NCBI GenBank assembly: GCA_964443325.1
Contig: CAYUCL010000006.1
Span: 14,644 to 78,643, forward strand
Direction of reading: 5' to 3'
Origin: an uncultured Dehalococcoidales bacterium
GTDB lineage: Bacteria > Chloroflexota > Dehalococcoidia > E44-bin15
Length of the DNA: 64,000 nucleotides
Shown: positions 16,604 to 23,800 of the stretch, one piece after another
Layout: each line of letters begins with the position of its first letter
Numbering within the stretch: position 1 is the stretch's first letter
Program-made: the position numbers and the translations under genes
Notes under the pieces: model-generated
What the model saw: the letters and a program-made list of their open reading frames with translations, nothing else
Told to the model about the DNA's origin: nothing
The model's database searches: none

Positions 16604-16700
16604 CTACTATGGGGTAGGTTGGAGCATCCGCTCCAACCACACCTTGAGCCCTTCCGCTGAAGGGCTCAAGGCTACCCTATTTTGGTAGTTGCTTCTGGTG
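16604..16700 (+). repeat. 3'-end hairpin-cluster repeat (TATGGGGTAGGTTGGAGCATCCGCTCCAACCACACCTTGAGCCCTTCCGCTGAAGGGCTCAAGGCTACCCTATTTTGGTA)
   Basis: Two consecutive perfect hairpins (GGTTGGAG/CTCCAACC; GAGCCCTT/AAGGGCTC). The same element follows the KaiB-like remnant at 20040-20140 and the giant gene at 26240-26620 (variant GGTCGGTCGCC-TAA-GGCGACCGACC). Confidence 0.7.
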
Positions 16701-16729
16701 GCTAGCGGTAACAGGCAACAAAAAGGATT

Positions 16730-16900
16730 GAATCGCAGACCGTTCGTGGTGAGCCTGTCGAACCATGAACGGCCCTTCGACAAGCTCAGGACAGGCCCTT
16801 CGACAAGCTCAGGGCAAGCGGATTAAACGCCACCCACCTGCCGGGGGACCGGGGGTGGGCATATGTCATTATGAGTAGGGGCGGGTTTGAAACCCGCCCC
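16730..16900. repeat. GC-rich palindromic repeat (CCGTTCGTGGTGAGCCTGTCGAACCATGAACGG...GGGCGGGTTTGAAACCCGCCCC)
   Basis: Same family as 1265-1480 and 20225-20440. The GGGCGGGTTT(G/C)AAACCCGCCCC hairpin also occurs at 26700-26730. Confidence 0.7.
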
Positions 16901-17021
16901 TCGCCAGAGTCGACGCCAAGGTCTCCATAGGCGACTCGCCGTGGCGAGCGCCTGCCTTTGGCAGAGTCTTCGACTACTGTTGGTTTCACTGGAATCGAAA
17001 TAATCTAGATGACCAAGACCC

Positions 17022-17195
17022 TATCGACTTCACTTTTCCTCCGACTTATGCCTAAACTCCCACTGTTGATCTGTCCTATTGGCGTTCTTGCGTGACAAAC
17101 TCAGGTGTTTCGAAGCCCAAATTCAGGTATTACAGGCCATAAATCAGGGGTTTCCCGATTGTTCAGTTAAGCATCACGATGTAATGTAGGAATGT
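17022..17195 (+). repeat. URE copy D (extended form with the 5' TTTTCCTCCGACTTATGCC...CCACTGTTGATCTGTCCTATTGGCG arm, three direct repeats and the ATGTAATGTAGGAATG box)
   Basis: Family member. A kinase remnant and then the orphan LuxR regulator lie downstream. Confidence 0.8.
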
Positions 17196-17199
17196 GGGC

Positions 17200-17615
17200 A
17201 ATTAACTTGGGTAAAAAAAGGCGACAATGCTGGAGGAGATACCAAGAACGAAAGGCAAAGCAAGCGAAAATGATACCGTTCTTGAAGGACTGGACCGCGG
17301 GTTACTACTGGATGCCATCAACCTCAAAGGACATACAAGATGGCGTCCTTGTTTTCCTTTGGGTCCGATCTGCTCCATACTTGCGGATCGGACCCACTTG
17401 AACAAGGGGACAGCCGGCACCGCGTGGAGGCAGACTGCGTTGGGAGTTGCACATGGGCTTGGTGCATAGGGTATGCAAAGATGAAGTGAGAAGACCGCGA
17501 CGAGCGCTGGAGCTGTACATGCGTTGTGAACTCGAATCCAAGCTCGCCCATACAACGCGGGTCACCCGTGTCGTGCCGATCGGGCATGTTGAAGAGAACA
17601 TAGGGGGCAACTAAG
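17200..17615 (+). pseudogene. Decayed histidine-kinase C-terminal remnant immediately upstream of the orphan LuxR regulator
   Basis: The frame ending at 17613-17615 (TAA) reads ...RVTRVVPIGHVEENIGGN*, collinear with ...GTWVTLVAPLESGGESTGGN* and ...GTRVILVAPLDCSDESEQGH* of the intact kinases. Further upstream DRGLLLDAINLKGH resembles the N-box region RGLLFWVVRELLLNVVKH. There is no intact ORF or start. Confidence 0.5.
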
Positions 17616-18269
17616 TTGAGTGTGAGAGTTATACTTGCAGACGACCACAGGATCATTCGCGAGGGGCTCCGCGCCATGCTTGAGAAGGAGCCCGACATGG
17701 AGGTGGTTGCCGAAGCGGATAATGGGCGAGCAGCGGTAGAGCTGGCGCGGGAGCTAAAGCCCGACATCATCGTCATGGACCTTACCATGCCTGAATTGAA
17801 CGGTATTGAGGCCACTCGACAGATCCTCGCCAGTGACCCCGGTGTCAAGGTACTTGCCCTGTCAATGCATTCAGACAAACGTTTTGTCACCGGAGTGCTC
17901 AGTGCGGGTGCATCGGGCTATCTATTAAAGGACTGTGCATTGGAGGAGCTGGTGCGGGCGATCCGCGCCGTGGTCGCAGACCAGACCTATCTGAGTCCGG
18001 GAATAGCTGGCATTGTGGTCGACGACTACATGCATCGCCTGCCACCGACCGACGACTGCACTTTGTCCGCCCTGACGGCAAGGGAGCGCGAGGTGCTACA
18101 GCTTATAGCTGAAGGCAAGGCCCTAAAGGAGATTGCATCCACTCTCAACTTGAGTGTTAAGACTATTGAAACACACCGCCAGCAAATCATGAAGCGGTTG
18201 GACATACACAGTGTAGCTGAACTCACCAAATATGCCATCCGCGAAGGACTGACCTCCCTCGAAAGCTGA
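17616..18269 (+). CDS. NarL/LuxR-family response regulator (orphan; third paralog)
   Basis: TTG start with AGGGGG 9 nt upstream. MSVRVILADDHRIIREG...IIVMDLTMPELNG...TAREREVLQLIAEGKALKEIASTLNLSVKTIETHRQQIMKRL. 217 aa. Confidence 0.85.
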   Translation: MSVRVILADDHRIIREGLRAMLEKEPDMEVVAEADNGRAAVELARELKPDIIVMDLTMPELNGIEATRQILASDPGVKVLALSMHSDKRFVTGVLSAGASGYLLKDCALEELVRAIRAVVADQTYLSPGIAGIVVDDYMHRLPPTDDCTLSALTAREREVLQLIAEGKALKEIASTLNLSVKTIETHRQQIMKRLDIHSVAELTKYAIREGLTSLES

Positions 18270-18299
18270 CCTCCCATCTGTGGGGGACTCCACCACCAC

Positions 18300-18420
18300 C
18301 GTTGCCCTTTCCTAATCATGTCCCTGAGTTACCATCTCAGGTATTTCGAAGCCCAAAATCAGGGATTCCCCGCCCAAACTCAGGCGTTTCCCGATTGTGC
18401 ACTGGGTCGTAAGGGTGTAT
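18300..18420 (+). repeat. URE copy E (three direct repeats plus CCCGATTGTGCACTGGGTCGTAAGGGTGTATTTTACAC)
   Basis: Family member. It lies 128 nt upstream of the ATG at 18548. Confidence 0.75.
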
Positions 18421-18547
18421 TTTACACATATCACATATAATAGAGACGAGCCTGAGCGAACAGGTTGAAATGGCGGCGGCGGCCACGTACCGACCGGTGA
18501 GTTGGGAGGATACGTGTCCGTAATTATGTTTTTTGGTGGGACAAGAG

Positions 18548-19630
18548 ATGGTAAAGCAACATACGGCGAAAGAGCAAGTCACAAACGAGTTGGCGGCGTT
18601 GCAGCAGCGAATCAGTGAACTGGAAGCAGCGGAAGCCGAGCACAAGCGAGTGGAGGAGGCACTCAGGGAATCTGAAGAACTGTCGCGAGGCCTGATCGAG
18701 GCGGCCACAGTCGGCACATACATTGTCCAGGATGGAAAATTCCAGTATATCAACCCGGAGTACGCACAGATTTCAGGTTACACCGCGGATGAGCTTCTGA
18801 TGACATATTCCCTCGATTACGTCCACCCTGACGACAGAGAGGCAGTCAGGACGAAGGCGATAGAGCACCTGAAGGGCCGCGATAGGAGATCCTACGAGTT
18901 CAGGCTTGTGCGCAAGGATGGGGAGATACGGTGGATTCTGGAGAGGGTCGCTTCCATCCCTTACAAAGGGCAGCGAGCAACGATAGGAAGCTTTATGGAT
19001 ATCAGCGAGCGCAAGCGGGCGGAGGAAGCGCTCAGATACAATGTTGAAAGACTGCAAAGAATGCTGGGGCAGACGGTTGGTGTGCTGGCATCAGTTGTTG
19101 AAGTGAGGGACCCCACCACCGCTGGTCACCAGCGGCGAGTGGCCCACCTGGCGAGTGCCATAGCCAGCGAGATGGGCCTAATAGCGGATCAGATCACTGG
19201 AATCTATATGGCCGGGCTTGTTCACGATGTGGGAGCGATATATACCCCCAGCGATATCCTCACTAAGCCGGGCCGGCTGGACGATGCTGAATTCAGCATG
19301 GTGAAAGACCAGCCGCGGGTCTCCTATGACATATTGAAGATGATAGAGTTCCCGTGGCCGGTGGCCGAAGTGGTCCTCCAGCACCGAGAAAGGATGGACG
19401 GGTCTGGCTATCCTGCTGGTCTATCGGGCGAAGATATCCTGCTTGAGGCGAGGATTCTGGGCGTGGCCGACGTGGTGGAGGCCATGACCTCCGACCGCCC
19501 CTACCGTCCGGCTCCGGGCATAGATGTAGCCCTGGAGGAGATCTCAAAGAACCGGGGCATCCTGTATGACCCGGTGGTGGTAGATACCTGCTTGAGTCTC
19601 TTCAACGAGAAGAAGTTCAAGTTTGAGTAG
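18548..19630 (+). CDS. PAS-HD-GYP domain protein (paralog of 15171-16253)
   Basis: Leader MVKQHTAKEQVTNELAALQQRISELEAAEAEHKRVEEALRESEE, then a PAS domain and an HD-GYP domain (HQRRVAHLASAIASEMGL...HRERMDGSGYPAGLSGEDI). ATG at 18548 has GGTGGG upstream; the ORF-track TTG at 18533 is an alternative. Confidence 0.85.
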   Translation: MVKQHTAKEQVTNELAALQQRISELEAAEAEHKRVEEALRESEELSRGLIEAATVGTYIVQDGKFQYINPEYAQISGYTADELLMTYSLDYVHPDDREAVRTKAIEHLKGRDRRSYEFRLVRKDGEIRWILERVASIPYKGQRATIGSFMDISERKRAEEALRYNVERLQRMLGQTVGVLASVVEVRDPTTAGHQRRVAHLASAIASEMGLIADQITGIYMAGLVHDVGAIYTPSDILTKPGRLDDAEFSMVKDQPRVSYDILKMIEFPWPVAEVVLQHRERMDGSGYPAGLSGEDILLEARILGVADVVEAMTSDRPYRPAPGIDVALEEISKNRGILYDPVVVDTCLSLFNEKKFKFE

Positions 19631-19639
19631 GGGGGTGGA

Positions 19640-19870
19640 GGTGTAAATCCCGATCGAGTCGCAGGGTTACGCCGCCCATAGTTGAGTATGTCAGCGGTCA
19701 CCTCGAGACGAGCGTGGCATTTCACCAAGGCCTAGGGAACTTGGTGCTCAAGGTCAGTGCCGCCGACGGTGGTCAGGACCCGCCCGGCTCCAGTCAGGAG
19801 AATAGTGGGGAGCCTCGGCGAACCAGAGAAGGTAATGGCGATATTGTGTTCGGAGGAGACGAGCTAGTAC
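19640..19870 (+). pseudogene. Frameshifted, decayed KaiB-like remnant (paralog of 16295-16603)
   Basis: The nucleotide stretch CCAGTCAGGAGAATAGTGGGGAGCCTCGGCGAACCAGAGAAGGTAATGGCGATATTGTGTTCGGAGGAGAC matches 16445-16515 of the KaiB-like gene. It reads VRRIVGSLGEPEKVMAIL only in a frame different from the surrounding ORF, and no intact ORF remains. Confidence 0.45.
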
Positions 19871-20224
19871 TAGAGCGCCCAGATATGATCGTGGCAATTA
19901 CAAGGATCGGGTCAGTTGAAAAATGTAGTTGCCCAATTCATTGGGTTGGTCGATATATGTCATTTGTTGATCTGTCCTATCCGCCTTTGTCGGCACAGGA
20001 GGAGGTCTTATCTCCTCTTTATGGAGTGAATATGGCAGCCGCTTAACCTATATGGGGTAGGTTGGAGCATCCGCTCCAACCACACCTTGAGCAAATGCCC
20101 GACAGGGTCGGATCATTCGACTCAAGGCTACCCTATTTGGGTAAGCGCCCCGATATGATCGGGGCAACTACAGTTACTGCTGGTGGCTAGCGGTAATAGG
20201 CAACAAAAAGGAATGAGTCGCAGA

Positions 20225-20344
20225 CCGTTCGTGGTCAGCTTTACACCGTTCGTGGTCAACTGTATACCATTCGTGGTGAACTGTACACCGTTCGTGGTGA
20301 ACTGTACACCGTTCGTGGTGAACTGTACACCGTTCGTGGTGAGC
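20225..20344 (+). repeat. 21-bp tandem repeat, about 5.5 copies of CCGTTCGTGGTGAACTGTACA
   Basis: Units at 20225, 20246, 20267, 20288, 20309 and 20330 with 0-4 mismatches. The same 21-mer is single-copy in the paralogous spacer at 16750. Confidence 0.85.
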
Positions 20345-20459
20345 TTGTCGAACCATGAACGGCCCTTCGGTGAACTCAGGACAGGCCCTTCGACAAGCTC
20401 AGGGCAAACGGACTAAACGCCACCCACTTTCCGGGTGTCTGGGGGTAGGCATATGTCAA

Positions 20460-20590
20460 TCGTTGACCTGTCCTATTCGCCTTCTTGATTGACAGACTCA
20501 GGTGTTTCGAAGGTAAAAATCAGGGATTCCACGACCGAACTCAGGGATTTCCCGATTGTGGGCTGAGCCATAACAATGTAGTGTAGGCAT
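20460..20590 (+). repeat. URE copy F (TTGACCTGTCCTATTCGCCTTCTTGATTGACAG plus three TCAGG(K)ATT(T/C)C repeats at 22/21-bp spacing plus the CCCGATTGTGGGCTGAGCCATAACAATGTAGTGTAGGCATG box)
   Basis: This is the best-preserved full-length copy. The giant sensor gene lies downstream. Confidence 0.8.
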
Positions 20591-20658
20591 GAGTGTAACT
20601 AACTAGAAAAAACCATCTACGGTTAGGAAGATTCCAGTACGATGGCGGGGGCTGCTAT

Positions 20659-20895
20659 ATGAAGAGCTGGTTATCTATGGGCCTTTCTCATAGGGGAGAG
20701 GCTTTATATTTTTTAGGTGGTATCGGTGGTGTTGTGCTTCAGACTATGGAGCGTCGCTATTCCGCGACACCCAAACAGGCTGAAAGCGTGTCGGCAGCGA
20801 ATCTATTGGATGAGGTGATATATCGTCACATCAAAACGGGTGACGGGCTGTGGTTGCCTGAAATTGCCGCTCTTTTTAGGAGGCACACGAAATGA
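20659..20895 (+). CDS. Hypothetical 78-aa protein in the leader of the giant sensor gene (stop overlaps its ATG as ATGA)
   Basis: ORF MKSWLSMGLSHRGEALYFLGGIGGVVLQTMERRYSATPKQAESVSAANLLDEVIYRHIKTGDGLWLPEIAALFRRHTK. I recognise no known domain. A weak GGCGGGGG lies upstream. It could be non-coding 5'-UTR. Confidence 0.25.
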   Translation: MKSWLSMGLSHRGEALYFLGGIGGVVLQTMERRYSATPKQAESVSAANLLDEVIYRHIKTGDGLWLPEIAALFRRHTK

Positions 20896-23800
20896 AAGAT
20901 CAACACAAGACAAAAGAGCAACTCATTAAGGAATTGGCGCAGATGCGCCAGCGACTCGCTGAATGTAAAGTATCAGAAGCCGAGCGAAAGCGGGTGGAGG
21001 AGGAAGTAAAGCAACTGAGTTCTGCTGTTGATCAGTCCATTGACGGCATAGCCATAGGTGACCTTGAACCGAAGATGACGTATGTCAACGATGCCTTTGC
21101 CCAGATGCACGGCTACTCGCCCGAGGAAATGATGGGGATGAAAGTTGCGAACCTGCACAACGAGGAACAGATGGACGAGTTCAAAACGGGTATCGATCAG
21201 ATAATGACGCAGGGTTCATGGATGGGTGAAATAGGGCATGTTAGAAAGGATGGAGCGCCTTTTCCCACATACATGTCGGTTACTTTGTTGAAGGATAGCG
21301 ACGGCAATCCGACAGGAATTGTGGCAGTTGCAAGAGACATCACCGAGCGCAAGCGGGCGGAGGGGGCGCTGCGGGAGTCGGAGGAGAAGTTCTCCAAGGC
21401 CTTTCGTTCCAGCCCTATCCCGATGGTTATTGCGGTGCTTGAAGATGGACGCGCTATCGATGTAAACGAAAGTCTTTTACATATGACCGGCTATTGTCGC
21501 GAAGAGTTCAGAGGTCGGAAGAGGGGCGAACTGGGTTTCTGGGTAAATCCAGAGAACCATGCCAGAATAGTGCAGATATTGCGTGACCAGGGGCAGATTC
21601 GCGATAGAGAGGAGGAGTATCGCATAAAGTCGGGCGAGATCCGTACCGCGCTGACTTCAGCAGAGATAGTTCACATTGGCGATGAACTGTGCGCGCTCTA
21701 CGTACTCAATGACATCACCGAGCGAAAGCGGGCGGAGGAGGCGCTGCGTGAGACTGAGAACCGCTACAAGGCCATCTTTGATAACCGGCTGCAGATGGTC
21801 TACATCAATGATGGCAAGGGGCTTTTTCTTGACGCCAACGATTACGCTCTGGAGCGGCTAGGATACACTCGCGATGATCTTGGAAAGGTCTCGTTCCAGG
21901 ACATGATCCATCCAGACGACCTTCCAGCGATACTACAAGTTTTTTCAGAGATCTTGACCAAGGGCTCCATGGAACGCTCTATTGAAATTCGCCTCGTTAC
22001 CAAATCCGGAGAGATAATCTGGGTTGAGACTTTCGGCATTCCCCTTGAGCGCGATGTTGACCATTATATGGCTCTGGGTATTGCAAATGACATCACCGAG
22101 CGCAAGAAGGCAGAGGAGGCGCTGCGGGAGAGCGAGGAAAAATATCGCCATGTGGTCGAGCGGGCAAATGACGGCATTCTGATTATTCAGGATGGGACAA
22201 TCAAGTATGCCAATCGGCGTGCGGAGGAATTAAGCGGGTACATTTTTGCACAGACCACTGAGGCGCAGTTTATTAATTATCTCCATCCCGATGAAATTCC
22301 CAAAGTGGTTGAGCGATACCAGCGACGTATGGCAGGGGAGGATGTCGAACCGGTATATGAGACGATTATGAGGCGCGAAGACGGCAGTGATATATATGTC
22401 GAGATCAATGCAGGAACAATTTCATATCGGGGAGAACCGGCGGATCTTGTTTTCATCCACGACATCACCGAGCGCAAGCAGGCAGAGCAGGCGTTGAGGC
22501 AGTCCGAGTACAAATTTAGAACTGCCCTTGAGTCGGCAAGGGATGGCATCCTCATAACTAGTAACGATGGCTCAGTGGTGGACATCAACAGGACGTTGCT
22601 GAACGCTTTGGGATACGATTCTAAGGAGCAAGTCATCGGTAGAAACTCTCTTGAGCTTCTTGCGGTCGAGCGATCCCAAAAGCAACTGGATGGCGTGCGA
22701 CGGGAGATGGCTCAAAAAGGCCACATTAGCAACGTGGAGTTAATGGGACTCACCCGCGATGGTAGAAAGGTGCCGGTTGAGGTAACCGTCTCCAACATGA
22801 CTGACGACGAAGGGCAGCCTGCAGGGTCTATTGTTGTAATAAGGGATATCACCCAACGCAAGAGGGCTGAGGAGGCGCTGAAGGAGTCGGAGGAGTTGTC
22901 CCGGGGAATGCTGGAGGCCGCAACGATCGGTATATACATCGTCCAGGATGGGAAATTCCAGTATGTCAACCCGCAGTTCGAGCACATAGGGGGCTACACT
23001 GCGGATGACTTTTTAGGGAAAGATTCTCTCGAGCATGTCCACTCTGAAGATAGAGAGATGGTCAGGAAGAAAGCGATAGAGCAATTAAAGGGACAGAGTA
23101 CCCAGCCATATGAGTACAGGTTTATATGTAAGGGCGGAGGGGAATTGTGGATACTGGAGAAGGTCAGTTCCATCCAGTATAAAGGGAAACCGGCGGCGAT
23201 CGGGAGCTTTATAGACATCACCGAGCGCAAGCAGGCGGAGGGGAAGCTAGAACGTTTGAACCTCGTGCTTCGCACCATCGGCGACGTCAACCAGCTCATC
23301 GCTAAAGAAAAGGACCGCGACAAGCTGATTAAAGCGACCTGCGACGCCTTCCTCGAGCATAGCAGTTACTATAATGCCTGGATGGCCCTGTTTGATGAGT
23401 CAGGAGAGCTTGTTGCCACTGCCGAAGCTGGCCTGGGCAATAATTTCCTGCCAATGGTAGACCAGCTCAAGCGTGGTCAGTTGACCAAATGCGGGCGCAG
23501 GGCGCTGAGGCAATCGGGCGTTGTGGTAACCAAAGACCCGTCTTCAACATGTCGTGATTGCTCATTAGCGGACAAGTACCCAGGCAGAGCGGCCATCACC
23601 ACCCGGATAGAATACGAAGGAAGGGTCTACGGCCTGCTGTCCGCCTCGATGCCACGAGCTTTCATCACGGAGGAACAAGAGCTATCCCTGTTCAAAGAGG
23701 TTGCCGCCGACATCGCTTTCGCCCTCTACACCATAGAACTGGAGGTGGAGCGCAAGCGGATGGAGGAGGCACTTCGGGAGAGCGAGGAGAGGCTCAGGGC

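Noticed and set aside
20225-20344. Possible CRISPR array, because of regularly spaced 21-bp repeats
   Set aside because: The units are directly adjacent with no spacers, so this is a simple tandem (VNTR-like) repeat. No cas genes are present anywhere in the window.
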